A stretch of 64,000 bases of DNA from an uncultured Oscillospiraceae bacterium (GTDB taxonomy: Bacteria; Bacillota; Clostridia; Oscillospirales; Ruminococcaceae). The DNA lies in NCBI GenBank assembly GCA_904384225.1, contig CAJFJV010000005.1:6466-70465 (forward strand). Reading direction: 5' to 3'. Both the position numbers and the translations under genes were made by a program. Shown here in pieces: positions 28,180 through 38,886 of this stretch. The notes beneath the pieces were generated by a model. The model saw nothing but the letters and a program-made list of their open reading frames with translations, did no database searches and was not told the DNA's origin. Positions within the stretch are counted from its first letter, which is position 1, and the number at the start of each line of letters is the position of its first letter.

Positions 28180-28523
28180 ATCGGAAGAAAAGTATTTTTC
28201 GCCGTATTTTTCAGTCGCCTTTCTTTTGTGCATTCTGCATTTGCTTATTGTCCGTCTGTTTTGCTGCGTTTTTAACTTCCGGCATACTGCCTCAACCAAA
28301 TGATAATGCATACTATGCCTCTTCCCGCGCAGTTATGGTAAATATTAACGAAGCGGATATCGCAGATCTTACACTGTTAGACGGCATCGGATATGCCCGC
28401 GCAGAAGATATTATTCGCTACCGGCAGGTTCACGGCAATTTCCGTCAGCCGGAAGATATCATGGACGTTCCTGGAATCGGCGAAGGCATCTATCGCAGAA
28501 TCCGGAATCAAATACAAGTATAA
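28176..28523 (+). CDS. ComEA-family helix-hairpin-helix DNA-binding protein (TM + HhH, no SLBB region)
   Basis: N-terminal TM, VNINEA..LTLLDGIG..RAEDII.YR..HGNF..VPGIG; ATGA overlap with sbcC, SD GGAGG. Confidence 0.85.
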   Translation: MNRKKSIFRRIFQSPFFCAFCICLLSVCFAAFLTSGILPQPNDNAYYASSRAVMVNINEADIADLTLLDGIGYARAEDIIRYRQVHGNFRQPEDIMDVPGIGEGIYRRIRNQIQV

Positions 28524-28538
28524 AGGAGAGATACCACA

Positions 28539-29417
28539 ATGACGGTCACATTAAAAAACGACAAACTGACAGCAAAAATTGATTCAAAAGGTGCTGAGCT
28601 GTTATCCCTTGAAAAACAACAAACCGAATACATGTGGCAAAAAGATCCGGCTTTTTGGGGGAAAACTTCTCCGGTTTTGTTTCCGATTGTCGGCAATTTA
28701 CGAAATGACACCGTGACGTTTCATGGCACCCCCTATACCATACCCAAACACGGGCTTTGCCGTACGGCAGAGTTCCATGTCGATTCTGTTTCCCAAACCG
28801 ATGCTGTTTTTTCCTATTCCTATAACGACGAAACACTCACACATTATCCATATCGTTTTAAACTGATCCTTGCTTACCATTTAAATGAAACTGCACTAAC
28901 TATTACTTATACAGTTGAAAACCTTGACAGCCAAGAAATCGATTATTGCTTTGGTGCACATCCTGGCTTTAATGTCCCGCTTGAAAAAGACGGCGTTTTT
29001 GAAGATTATTGTATTGAATTCAGTTCGTATGAACCGGACGGCTGCCCTGTTTTCGACTTCGAACAGAATCAAATCAATATGGCGAATCGGATAGACTTGA
29101 TGAACGGTTCCAAAAAACTGATGCTCCGTTACTCTTACTTTGATAACGACGCCCTTATTTTTGACAAGGTGCATTCGGATTCCGTCAAGCTTTACAGCAC
29201 AAAAAGCGGAAAGGGAGTCGAAGTTTCATTTGGAGATTTCGATTTTATCGCATTTTGGACTCCTATAAAAATGGGAGCACCTTTTTTATGTATTGAGCCG
29301 TGGTGTGGTATGGCGGTTTGCTCTGATGAAGGTGAAACGTTCGAAGAGAAACGCGGCGTTAAGCATTTGACGGTTGGGGAAAAGCAGTCTTATCAAATGA
29401 CGATTCGTCCATTATAA
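28539..29417 (+). CDS. Aldose 1-epimerase (LacX-like)
   Basis: GAEL.S, EYMWQ.DP.FW..SPVLFPIVG, KHGL, GAHPGF, LCIEPW. Confidence 0.9.
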   Translation: MTVTLKNDKLTAKIDSKGAELLSLEKQQTEYMWQKDPAFWGKTSPVLFPIVGNLRNDTVTFHGTPYTIPKHGLCRTAEFHVDSVSQTDAVFSYSYNDETLTHYPYRFKLILAYHLNETALTITYTVENLDSQEIDYCFGAHPGFNVPLEKDGVFEDYCIEFSSYEPDGCPVFDFEQNQINMANRIDLMNGSKKLMLRYSYFDNDALIFDKVHSDSVKLYSTKSGKGVEVSFGDFDFIAFWTPIKMGAPFLCIEPWCGMAVCSDEGETFEEKRGVKHLTVGEKQSYQMTIRPL

Positions 29418-29478
29418 CACGCTGCAGACAGAACAAAGAATAGCTGTTCTTCAGCAGCAGTAAGGAGGACTTTTTGTT

Positions 29479-31881
29479 ATGTCGGAAAAACCAATGTATC
29501 TTTTAAGCTATGACCATGGCGGATACATTTTATGGGGACCGGATTTTGCGGCTTCTATGAAAAGTGCAATTGAATGGATGGAAAAATATCCGAAATTTAA
29601 AACCGGATTGGACAATGAAGCATATTGCTATGATCGATATGCACAAGAGAATCCTGAAATCATTAAAGAAATTCAAAATACTCTATCCCGCTTTGACGGT
29701 CGTTTTTCCATCGGTTCCTCTTCTTATGGACAGCCTTTAGCCGTATTTATTAACGACGAAAGCAACGTTCGACAAATTACAGAAGCAGTACGCGCCGATC
29801 TCAGGCATTTTGGTATTCGGCCATTTGTTTATGCCATCAGCGAACATGCGTATCATAGCCAAATCCCGCAGCTTATTTTGCAGGCGGGCTATCGTATGGC
29901 GCTAATGCGGACGCATTTTCAAATGTACGGCTATAATCCTACTTATGATTCAGCCTTTGGTATCTGGTACGGAGAAGATGGCTCCGGTATTCCCGCTATT
30001 CCTACCTATACCGGGCAAGGGGCACATTTCGGTTCTACAACAATGGATAATTATATTTTGACTCGTTGGCCCCGTGCGTGGGATGAACCGATAGAAGATT
30101 TTGAAGAAAAATTCCGTCATATTGAACCCTTGCTTGCTTCCCGGTATGATGACGCTGTCCAACGTTGTGAAGAGATGACGGCGCATGTTGAAAAGATAGA
30201 ACGATATCATTGGGTCACTCTGGAAGATTTATTTGATATCTATGCTTCCTGCGCAGATTCTGATGATGCGTATCGGCCCCGCGCAAATGAGTTTAAGGTC
30301 AGAATGCCGTGGGGATATTGCGGCAATCGTATTTTCAACGACTGCCGGAAAGGAGAGGTGCTGGCAGCACAAGCGGAGCGCCTGAATGCATTGGCAGCGC
30401 AGATCGGATTTGTGCCGGAAGAAGAATCCATTTCGAAAATGTGGAAAAATCTCATGATAGCACAACATCATGATGTACAGATCTGCGGCCTCTTGGAAGA
30501 GGAAAAAGAATTCATTACTACATGCTGCGCCAATGGGGAAAAAGCCAAAAAGGCTGCGTTGGATTACATCGCTTCCCAGATGAGGGCTACAGATAATCCC
30601 TGCGTTTTATCTGTAAATGTGTCGGATAAGGCACAGCGTGAATTGCTTGAAACGAAAATTTCGGTTAAGCATCCCCACAAAACACTTCAATTTTCAGCAT
30701 ATTGCGGTGAAGAAAAGATCCCTTGCGGTTACGACGTTACCGCCAGAACATCTGAAGGCATCCCAACAGCATACAGTATACGTTTTCAGGCAGAAGTCCC
30801 TCCTATGACTGCAAAAGTATATGAAATCCGTTCAGAAGAACCGGACGAGCAGCAAAGTGATGATACTGCTACCTACCAAAACAATATTCTCCTGACGGAA
30901 TATTATGAAATAGAACTTGGAAACGGTGGGATCATCTCAATAAAGGACCGGCATACGAAAAAAACGCTTTTGGACAACCCAGAAGAAGGATTCCTTTTCG
31001 CCGGTATTATTGCGGATCAGCCTGCATACAGCCATGGATGCTGGTTTGTTTCCTGCAAACCCATGATAACAAAGGCGTTGTTTCAGGGTGAGATCGGCGG
31101 AATCCCTTGCCGGTTCTCCTTGATATGCAAGGCTGGGGATTCTTTGCTTTACTGCCGCGCTACATTTGAACATGATGGCGAACATATTGGGGTTGGGCGG
31201 ACTTTTGATGCGTTCCGTGATAATACAAACGGATTTGTGCATGAAGAAAAGCTTCGCTTTATCATGCGCGTACCTTTCGAAGGGAATATATACGGCTGGC
31301 GTGACCGTCCCTTCCTGATTGCCCCGACTGACGACGCTTATATTGAAGGCATCAACTGGGCGGCTGCGGGCAACGATACGTTAGCCATGGCCGTATACAA
31401 TCGCGGATCTATGTGTCTGACACGTGAAAGCGACAATATCCTATCAATCCCGCTTGCCTATGCCAATGCATACGCATGGGGTGAGAAGCTCCTGTTTGGG
31501 ACATATACGCATGAATTTGCACTGCGCCCGCTAACCGGTGGCTTTCATGCCGCGCAGCTGCATTCCGAAGCCCTCGCATACACATACCCGCTGATCAGCC
31601 AAACAATGCAAGGAAAGCAAGACGGCAAAACGCAGCTTTCTCTTCTTCCAATTGAAACAAGCCATAACGTACGAATGAGTGCCTGTTATACAGAAGACAG
31701 AAAGCTGTTACTGCGTGTGTATGAATTGGAAGGCCGGCACGGGACAGTGCAAATTTCCGGATACCGTCTTACTCCCTGCGATTTATTTGGAGAAGCAGCG
31801 GGACCTGCTGAAAGTTGTGGACAGCTTTCGCCGTATCAGATTCAGACGTATCTTTTGGAAAGAGAATGCTATTCTTTATAA
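29479..31881 (+). CDS. GH38-like (alpha-mannosidase-type) glycoside hydrolase, divergent
   Basis: HSQIPQLILQAG, WYGEDGS, middle-domain WKNLMIAQHHD..CG, C-terminal LLRVYE..G and LSPYQIQT patterns. Confidence 0.65.
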   Translation: MSEKPMYLLSYDHGGYILWGPDFAASMKSAIEWMEKYPKFKTGLDNEAYCYDRYAQENPEIIKEIQNTLSRFDGRFSIGSSSYGQPLAVFINDESNVRQITEAVRADLRHFGIRPFVYAISEHAYHSQIPQLILQAGYRMALMRTHFQMYGYNPTYDSAFGIWYGEDGSGIPAIPTYTGQGAHFGSTTMDNYILTRWPRAWDEPIEDFEEKFRHIEPLLASRYDDAVQRCEEMTAHVEKIERYHWVTLEDLFDIYASCADSDDAYRPRANEFKVRMPWGYCGNRIFNDCRKGEVLAAQAERLNALAAQIGFVPEEESISKMWKNLMIAQHHDVQICGLLEEEKEFITTCCANGEKAKKAALDYIASQMRATDNPCVLSVNVSDKAQRELLETKISVKHPHKTLQFSAYCGEEKIPCGYDVTARTSEGIPTAYSIRFQAEVPPMTAKVYEIRSEEPDEQQSDDTATYQNNILLTEYYEIELGNGGIISIKDRHTKKTLLDNPEEGFLFAGIIADQPAYSHGCWFVSCKPMITKALFQGEIGGIPCRFSLICKAGDSLLYCRATFEHDGEHIGVGRTFDAFRDNTNGFVHEEKLRFIMRVPFEGNIYGWRDRPFLIAPTDDAYIEGINWAAAGNDTLAMAVYNRGSMCLTRESDNILSIPLAYANAYAWGEKLLFGTYTHEFALRPLTGGFHAAQLHSEALAYTYPLISQTMQGKQDGKTQLSLLPIETSHNVRMSACYTEDRKLLLRVYELEGRHGTVQISGYRLTPCDLFGEAAGPAESCGQLSPYQIQTYLLERECYSL

Positions 31882-32064
31882 ACAGCATATATTGCAGGAT
31901 TGGTTTCCTACAAAAACATCGAAAGCTTCTTAAGTCGCTTTTCACTGTATGCTTTGTGCTGAAATCAAGAAAAGCGGCTGTATCAAAAGACGAATAAGAA
32001 CAAACGAAAAAACAAAACACAGTGCAATGGAAAGCCCTCATTTGGCCTATGTAAAGCAAGAAAT

Positions 32065-32108
32065 AACAGGCGGTTATACTCCTTTTCAGATGAGTATAAC
32101 CGCCTGTT
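32065..32108. terminator. Probable bidirectional terminator between convergent GH38-like and ribF
   Basis: 17-bp perfect inverted repeat AACAGGCGGTTATACTC/GAGTATAACCGCCTGTT. Confidence 0.7.
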
Positions 32109-32307
32109 TTGCAGCAGCCTTTTTAACTTTTTAAATGGTAAAAAGAAAATCAGATTTTGACCGAACGATACGTGTCCTTATTTATAAGCCCTTTGAATAA
32201 GCTTGCTAATTTATCCATGTTTAAGTTTGAGAAAACATTTTCTTATACAGCATCGGTAAATTAGGCGATCAAGCCCAATATCTTTTTCTCAAAACACGGC
32301 AGGTCTT

Positions 32308-33222
32308 TTATTCCCGCTCTGCATCACGATGTGCTATATCACACAATACAGTTTCTTTCAATTCTTCAACATTGGAAAACCTCTTCTCAGGACGGCTCAT
32401 ATGCAGGAGCTCTACAGAAGCTGTCTGCCCATAATAGTCCCCCTCTGCACAGAGCATATATGTTTCAGCTAACGGTTCCCGCTGCCCCTCTATTGTCGGT
32501 TTTACCCCAATATTGGTAATTGAACGATGCGTTTCTCCGCCAATATGTGTGACACTTGAATACACGCCGAATTTCGGGAGCAGCAGCCCTTTCCACAAAC
32601 GTTGATTAAGTGTCGGAAACCCGAGCGTCCTTCCCAAACTTCTCCCATGTATAACCGTTCCGTCTATTGTATACCGATAACCCAGCAACGCATTTGCACG
32701 CACCATATCTCCAGATAAGATGGCCCGCCGGATTTCACTTGAACTTACGGTAATACCGTAAGCTTCGCAGCGCGGTACAACTATCAGGCGAATACCGCAA
32801 GCAGCGCACCACTGCTGAAGCAGCGCAGTATTTCCTTTTGCGCCTTTGCCAAAATGATAATCATATCCGCAGGCCAATACCCGTGCGCACAGTTTCTTGC
32901 GTAAAATTTCTTCAAAAAATTCCTCTGCCGTCAACATGCCGATATCAGAAAAAGATGGGGAAAACATTTGTCTGATACCAAGCGCCGCAATACGCCGCCG
33001 TTTTTGTTCTTCTGTTGTAAGTAATCCGCTCCCTGCTTTACTTATCGGAAGAGACGTATCCGCAGAAAAAGTCAAAACTGTCGGAATGCATTCTTCTTGT
33101 TCCAATACAGCACGGATAACCTGTACGTGTGCCGTATGTACGCCGTCAAAAAAACCGAGCGCTACCGCAGAGGCCTCTGCTTGTTGTGGGATATCACGAT
33201 AATACTGCAAAAACGCGTTCAC
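32308..33222 (-). CDS. ribF: Bifunctional riboflavin kinase/FAD synthetase
   Basis: GFFDGVH, GYDYHFG, SSSEIR, GRTLGFPTLN, NIGVKPT, RPEKRF. Confidence 0.93.
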   Translation of the reverse strand: MNAFLQYYRDIPQQAEASAVALGFFDGVHTAHVQVIRAVLEQEECIPTVLTFSADTSLPISKAGSGLLTTEEQKRRRIAALGIRQMFSPSFSDIGMLTAEEFFEEILRKKLCARVLACGYDYHFGKGAKGNTALLQQWCAACGIRLIVVPRCEAYGITVSSSEIRRAILSGDMVRANALLGYRYTIDGTVIHGRSLGRTLGFPTLNQRLWKGLLLPKFGVYSSVTHIGGETHRSITNIGVKPTIEGQREPLAETYMLCAEGDYYGQTASVELLHMSRPEKRFSNVEELKETVLCDIAHRDAERE

Positions 33223-33223
33223 C

Positions 33224-34120
33224 TCATTTTTCTATAAACATTTTCTCAATCCGAAGGGAATCATCCGAATGATCAAGCGAAGCTAAACCCAAAAACGTTT
33301 TGTCCGGGCCGTAAACACGGTGCATAGTATCAACAGGTTTATGATTAACACGATGCAAATCCAAACGTACGCCGTTTTTAAATTTCACTGCCTGTACCTC
33401 GTTGAGGCAAATGCGCGGCAGATGATAAAATAAATGATCCACCGGTTGCAGCTTAGATTCAAGCTCTCCTTTTTCTGTAAGCTCCTGCGCTTCGCTAAGC
33501 GTAATGCATTCATTTAAAGTAAAGCCACATGCCTTTACACGGACGAGACCGGTCATCACCGCACCGCATCCAAGCGCCGTGCCAATATCACTGATGATGC
33601 TTCGGATATATGTACCTTTCGAACAGCTGACAGCCAAAACCCCTGTTTGATCTTTTTCATTAAAAGCGGTACATTCCAGTTGTGTGATGCGGACTTTGCG
33701 CGGCGGGCGTTCCACCTCTTTTCCCTGCCTAGCAATGTTATAAAGGCGCTGCCCATTTATGCGGACAGCGGAATACATGGGCGGAATCTGTTCAATTTCT
33801 CCTGTAAAGCGGGGAAGAATCGCTTGAATCTCCTCAATTCGCACATGGGCTTCCCTGACTTTTTTTATCGTTCCCCAGCAGTCCAGCGTATCCGTCTCTT
33901 TTCCCAGTGCAAAAGCTGCCTCATAGCATTTGCTGTCATCCGGCAAGAGATTGCAGGCTTTCGTCGCTGCGCCAAGGAAGATCGGAAGCACACCCGTCGC
34001 CATCGGATCAAGCGTTCCGGAATGCCCAACCCTTTTGGTTTTCGACATACCCCGAATACGTGCAACTACATCAAAAGAGGTGTACTCCTGCGGCTTGTTA
34101 ATGCATAAAATCCCGTTCAT
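33224..34120 (-). CDS. truB: tRNA pseudouridine(55) synthase
   Basis: TSFDVV, GHSGTLDP, QIPPMYSA, CSKGTYIRS. Confidence 0.96.
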   Translation of the reverse strand: MNGILCINKPQEYTSFDVVARIRGMSKTKRVGHSGTLDPMATGVLPIFLGAATKACNLLPDDSKCYEAAFALGKETDTLDCWGTIKKVREAHVRIEEIQAILPRFTGEIEQIPPMYSAVRINGQRLYNIARQGKEVERPPRKVRITQLECTAFNEKDQTGVLAVSCSKGTYIRSIISDIGTALGCGAVMTGLVRVKACGFTLNECITLSEAQELTEKGELESKLQPVDHLFYHLPRICLNEVQAVKFKNGVRLDLHRVNHKPVDTMHRVYGPDKTFLGLASLDHSDDSLRIEKMFIEK

Positions 34121-34141
34121 CTTCTTTTCCTTTATTTCATC

Positions 34142-35089
34142 TTATTCCAATTCTTTTTTCGCTGCTGCAAGCAGCTTTTCAACTGCCTCTTCATATGGAC
34201 ATGCAGTCCGGCACCCAGCAGCCCTAAGGTGGCCACCGCCGCCAAATACCGCACAAATAGCGGCCGCATCTGCCTTTTGTGCCGTGCGGACAGAAATTTT
34301 ATACTTTCCATCCTGTTGTTCACGTAAAGTGATGCCAACTTCAACTCCTTCAATCATGCGCGGCAATGCCGCAAGACCCTCTAGCTCAGATTCCTGTGCA
34401 CCTGTATTGTGCAGCATCTCCTGTGTGATACAAGCCCACGCAATTCTGCCGTTTTCGGCAAATGAAAGCGTGTCAAGCACCTGTTTTTCAATCTCTATGC
34501 GTGCTCTCGATTTCGTATCAAACAGTTCGCGGTTGATTCTTACATAATCTGCACCCGCCTCAATCAAATCGGCAGCAATTTGATGTGTGCGTGCAGTTGT
34601 ATTGGGATATTTAAAACACCCACTGTCCGTCGCTATCCCAGTATATAAGCACGAGGCAATGCGTCCGGTGATGGGAACATCCATCTCCCGGATCACAGCA
34701 TATAACAGTTCACATGCCGCAGCCGCCTGATCGTCAACTAAAGTCTCCTTGGCATATCCCTCATTCATACGATGATGGTCAATACACAAATCCACGCGCA
34801 ACGCATAATCAGAAAGCGCTTTTCCCAGCAATTCTCTGGAGGCAACATCCACCGCTACGATAAAAGACGGCTCAAAAGATACGTTCTTCTCGCCATCGGA
34901 CAGATATGCAAATTGCGGAGGGATTGGATCGCCGCATATCACTTGTGCGGTTTTATTTTGGGCATATAGCGCATAAAGGAGCGCATAAGCGCTCCCCAGC
35001 GTATCCCCGTCCGGGCTTTTATGTGACAAAATCAAAATGCGGTCCTGCGATAAAAGCCGCTGAGCAGCCTGCTGTATGGTAATCCGCAT
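34142..35089 (-). CDS. nrnA: DHH-family oligoribonuclease/pAp phosphatase
   Basis: HKSPDGD, IDHH, TDSG, GGGGH.RAAG. Confidence 0.9.
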   Translation of the reverse strand: MRITIQQAAQRLLSQDRILILSHKSPDGDTLGSAYALLYALYAQNKTAQVICGDPIPPQFAYLSDGEKNVSFEPSFIVAVDVASRELLGKALSDYALRVDLCIDHHRMNEGYAKETLVDDQAAAACELLYAVIREMDVPITGRIASCLYTGIATDSGCFKYPNTTARTHQIAADLIEAGADYVRINRELFDTKSRARIEIEKQVLDTLSFAENGRIAWACITQEMLHNTGAQESELEGLAALPRMIEGVEVGITLREQQDGKYKISVRTAQKADAAAICAVFGGGGHLRAAGCRTACPYEEAVEKLLAAAKKELE

Positions 35090-35128
35090 ATGAATTCCTC
35101 CTCTTCTCCTTCCGGGTATTTTGATTTT

Positions 35129-35527
35129 TTAGAACAAATCATCATCTTCTGAATCCAACGCATCGTGAGACGCCCATTCCGGATGCGCACGGTTTTCTTC
35201 TTCCAAAATCCGATTTATATTTGCACTGTACGCAATCGAATCATCAGCAACAAAGTGAAATTCCGGTGTTTTCCGCAGATGCAGGCGTCCAGAGATCGTT
35301 CGCCGAATAAATCCAGCTGCACTTTTGAGTCCAACTACGGATTCTTTTGTTTTTTCTACCCCTTCAACTGCGCTGACATAAACTTTACAGTGCGATAGGT
35401 CGCTTGAAAGATCAATTTTGATGATACTGAGCATTGGCGAGACACGCGGGTCTTTTATCTCCCTAAAAATGCCGACCAGCTCTTTTCGGATATCTTCAGA
35501 AATCCGTCCAATTTTTATAGAAGCCAT
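35129..35527 (-). CDS. rbfA: Ribosome-binding factor A
   Basis: IKDPRV, AAGFIR, LRKTPEFHF..D.SI. Confidence 0.95.
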   Translation of the reverse strand: MASIKIGRISEDIRKELVGIFREIKDPRVSPMLSIIKIDLSSDLSHCKVYVSAVEGVEKTKESVVGLKSAAGFIRRTISGRLHLRKTPEFHFVADDSIAYSANINRILEEENRAHPEWASHDALDSEDDDLF

Positions 35528-35560
35528 CTTCCGCTCCCTTTCTTTTTACAGCAAGACGAA

Positions 35561-38254
35561 TTAATCCCTATATTCCTCAATAATGAAGGATTCAAAGATA
35601 TCGCCTTCCTTAATATCGTTGAATTTCTCCAGCCCAATACCGCATTCATAGCCTTGTGACACTTCTTTGGCGTCATCCTTAAACCGTTTAAGTGAAGCAA
35701 TTTTATCTTCCGCCAGAACGATTCCGTCGCGGACGACGCGCAGCAGCGCATTTCTTGCTACTTTTCCTTCCAGAACATATGCGCCTGCAATAGTGCCGAC
35801 ATTTGAAATTTTATATACGGCACGTACTTCTGCACGTCCCAGTTCAACTTCACGGGTCTTAGGTGCGAGCATTCCTTTCATCGCCTGCTTGACATCGTCA
35901 ATCGCATCATAAATGATACGGTATAAGCGAATCTCAACGTCATCCTGCTCTGCAGAGTCGCGGACCGTCTGGTCGGTGCGGACATTAAACCCGATAATGA
36001 TCGCACCGGATGCCTGCGCCAACATAACGTCAGATTTGTTGACTGCACCAACGGCACTGTGTATAACCCGTACACGTACCTCATCATTGGACAGTTTTTC
36101 GAGTGACTGTTTCACAGCTTCGGCTGATCCTTGTACATCGGCTTTTACGATAATAGGAAGCTCTTTCATCTCGCCTTCTGCTATCTGGCTAAAGAGATTG
36201 TCAAGCGTTACCTTTTGATATTGCTTAAATTGTTCTTCCTTTTGATTGTACTTACGCTGCTCTACCAATTCACGGGCCAGGCGCTCATCCTCAACAGCAT
36301 TAAAAATATCTCCGGCAGCCGGTACTTCTGCAAGACCTGTGATTTCTACAGGCGTACTTGGGCCTGCCTCCTCTACCGGCTGGCCTTTATCGTTAAGCAT
36401 AACGCGGACATGCCCTACGCTCATTCCCGCAATAATAACATCCCCAACGTGCAGGGTGCCGTTTTGTACAAGCAGTGTCGCAACCGGGCCGCGGCCTTTG
36501 TCAAGCCGCGCTTCCACAACAGTGCCTTTTGCCAAACGGTTCGGGTTTGCTTTTAAATCTGCAACTTCTGCAACAAGATTTACGTTTTCAAGAAGGTCGT
36601 CAATCCCTTCACCTGTCAGCGCAGAAACCGGGCAGCAAATTGTATCTCCGCCCCATTGTTCCGGTACAAGGCCGTATTCGGTCAGTTCCTGCATAACCTT
36701 ATCTGGATTAGCATGCGGCTTGTCGATTTTATTGATGGCTACAATAATAGTAACCCCTGCGGCTTTTGCATGATTAATCGCTTCAACGGTCTGCGGCATG
36801 ATGCCATCATCCGCCGCAACAACTAAAATAACGATATCCGTAACTGCCGCACCACGTGCACGCATTGCAGTAAACGCCTCATGGCCGGGTGTATCCAGAA
36901 ATGTTATCCGCTTTCCTCCCGCTACTACGGTGTAGGCACCAATATGCTGTGTAATGCCGCCTGCTTCGGTGGCAGTAACGGAGGAATGACGGATTTTATC
37001 CAGCAATGACGTCTTGCCATGGTCGACGTGCCCCATGACTACCACAACCGGGCTTCTCTCCTCCAACATTTCGTCAGTGTCTGCACTGTCGTCAATCAAA
37101 CGTTCTTCTATAGTGACGACAACCTCTTTTTCAACTTTAGCGCCCATTTCTTCTGCTACAATCGCAGCAGTGTCGAAATCGATCACCTGATTCTGCGCAG
37201 CCATAACGCCCAGTCCCATCAGTTTTTTTATCACGTCAGAAACTGTTGCTTTTAAACGGCTTGCCAATTCAGAGACCACAATCTCATCCGGGATCATCAC
37301 CTTAAGCTGCTGTTTCCTTGCGCGTTCCAATGCCAAACGCTGTAGCTTTTGCGCTTCTGTCTCCTTTTTCGTAGAATAGCGCTGCTTTGCGCGTTGCTGG
37401 GACTTTTGATTGATTTTCTGTTTACGCTGAAAACTGTCGCTGCGTTTGTTCTGCTGCGGCGCAAGCTGGTCATAATGCTCATTATACTTATCTAAATTCA
37501 CATCAACAGTACGAGTATCCACACGGCGCACCACCTGCTCCGTCGGGCCATCCTGCTTGCGTCCGGATCTCTGCGCCATTTGCTGTGCAGGGCTTAAATG
37601 CTGCGGCTTTTGCTGACGGCTTTGCTGATTCCGCTCGTTTCCTTGTGTTCCACGGCTGTCTTTGCGGTCATTCCGGTCGCCAAAATTTTTGCGTTCTGTA
37701 CGAGTATCAGAACGGGTTTCGTTTCTTCCATCGGTAAAGTTTTTATGCTCGCTATGGTTCGTATTTCCGCCCTGCTGCATTGTATTGCCCATACGTTCAC
37801 GGCCGTTATCCCGCCGCTCAGCATGTTCTTCATGCGCTTTTTTCTGATCGGCAGCCTTCGTCTGTACCGTCTGCGGTTTCGGCTCCTCTTGCTTTTTTTC
37901 TGCAGCCTTTTCCTGCTTTTCCTCTTCTGTTCTTTCTGGTTTTTTTGCTGATTCTGGTTTCTTTTCCTCTTTTTGAATTGCTTCTTTCTCTATTTTTTTC
38001 TCCTGCTGTATAGCAGTTTTGTTCTCTTGAACCGGTTTTTCCTTCGGCTTTTCTGCGGAAGCAAAATATGCATTAAAATCCGAAACTGCATTTTGAGATG
38101 TAAAATATTCAAAAATAACGTTCAATTCTTCTTCCGTCAATACCGTATTCGGTTTTTTGGCCCCTTCACTTATTCCTTCCAGTACTGTACTAACTTCTTG
38201 AACTGTACTTCTAAAATCTTTTGCCACATCACTTAACTTGTATTTTGGTACCAT
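35561..38254 (-). CDS. infB: Translation initiation factor IF-2
   Basis: [31 protein letters not shown]. Confidence 0.97.
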   Translation of the reverse strand: MVPKYKLSDVAKDFRSTVQEVSTVLEGISEGAKKPNTVLTEEELNVIFEYFTSQNAVSDFNAYFASAEKPKEKPVQENKTAIQQEKKIEKEAIQKEEKKPESAKKPERTEEEKQEKAAEKKQEEPKPQTVQTKAADQKKAHEEHAERRDNGRERMGNTMQQGGNTNHSEHKNFTDGRNETRSDTRTERKNFGDRNDRKDSRGTQGNERNQQSRQQKPQHLSPAQQMAQRSGRKQDGPTEQVVRRVDTRTVDVNLDKYNEHYDQLAPQQNKRSDSFQRKQKINQKSQQRAKQRYSTKKETEAQKLQRLALERARKQQLKVMIPDEIVVSELASRLKATVSDVIKKLMGLGVMAAQNQVIDFDTAAIVAEEMGAKVEKEVVVTIEERLIDDSADTDEMLEERSPVVVVMGHVDHGKTSLLDKIRHSSVTATEAGGITQHIGAYTVVAGGKRITFLDTPGHEAFTAMRARGAAVTDIVILVVAADDGIMPQTVEAINHAKAAGVTIIVAINKIDKPHANPDKVMQELTEYGLVPEQWGGDTICCPVSALTGEGIDDLLENVNLVAEVADLKANPNRLAKGTVVEARLDKGRGPVATLLVQNGTLHVGDVIIAGMSVGHVRVMLNDKGQPVEEAGPSTPVEITGLAEVPAAGDIFNAVEDERLARELVEQRKYNQKEEQFKQYQKVTLDNLFSQIAEGEMKELPIIVKADVQGSAEAVKQSLEKLSNDEVRVRVIHSAVGAVNKSDVMLAQASGAIIIGFNVRTDQTVRDSAEQDDVEIRLYRIIYDAIDDVKQAMKGMLAPKTREVELGRAEVRAVYKISNVGTIAGAYVLEGKVARNALLRVVRDGIVLAEDKIASLKRFKDDAKEVSQGYECGIGLEKFNDIKEGDIFESFIIEEYRD

Positions 38255-38579
38255 TCTGTAATCCTCCTAATTCGCCCTGTTCAGCGGACATGTCTTTTAT
38301 AAACTTTTCACCGAGAGACTGGTCCGTTATACACATAACACCGACCGGTTTTCTGGTAATTTGTCCGATTTGTTCAAAAGAATGCGGGATCAAACAAAAT
38401 GCTGCACCGAATTTCTCCGACAAAAAGCGCATCTCCTTTTGCGTCTTTTCAGAGAGCTGCGCAGAAAGAACAACGATTACCGCACGACCTGCCTTCAGCG
38501 CTTCTTTTGTAGCATCTGTCCCCAAATTCAATGCACCCGCTCGTTTGCAAAGACCGATATCTTGCAGCAACCTATCCAT
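38229..38579 (-). CDS. ylxQ: L7Ae/YlxQ-family RNA-binding protein
   Basis: [11 protein letters not shown] pattern; between ylxR and infB. Confidence 0.8.
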   Translation of the reverse strand: MDRLLQDIGLCKRAGALNLGTDATKEALKAGRAVIVVLSAQLSEKTQKEMRFLSEKFGAAFCLIPHSFEQIGQITRKPVGVMCITDQSLGEKFIKDMSAEQGELGGLQNGTKIQVK

Positions 38580-38841
38580 TCTGCATAAGCTCCTGTTCCA
38601 TCTGATCGTAAACCTCTTCCGGTATTTTGCAGGAAAGTGCCCGTTCAAACCCTCGTGATTTTCTTGCCTTTTGCAGACAGGAAAGCTGAGGGCAAATATA
38701 TGCGCCCCGTCCGGCCTTTTTTCCAGTTAAATCAAGAGAAACTTCACCGTCTTTATTTTTCACGACACGTACAAGCTCTCGCTTGTTTTTCATTTCTCCG
38801 CACCCCATACATTTCCGGAACGGTATCTTTCGATTTTGCAT
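38572..38841 (-). CDS. ylxR: YlxR/RnpM-family protein
   Basis: PFRKCMGC, KRELVRVV, GRGAYIC. Confidence 0.92.
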   Translation of the reverse strand: MQNRKIPFRKCMGCGEMKNKRELVRVVKNKDGEVSLDLTGKKAGRGAYICPQLSCLQKARKSRGFERALSCKIPEEVYDQMEQELMQNG

Positions 38842-38886
38842 TTGTTTCCCCCTCTAAAAATCATCTGTACTTTGCTTAGACCCTTC

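Noticed and set aside
32149-32218. 22-codon minus-strand ORF MDKLASLFKGLINKDTYRSVKI
   Set aside because: No SD and no other coding evidence
37550-38060. Low-complexity Lys/Glu/Gln-rich stretch
   Set aside because: Normal variable N-terminal region of IF-2
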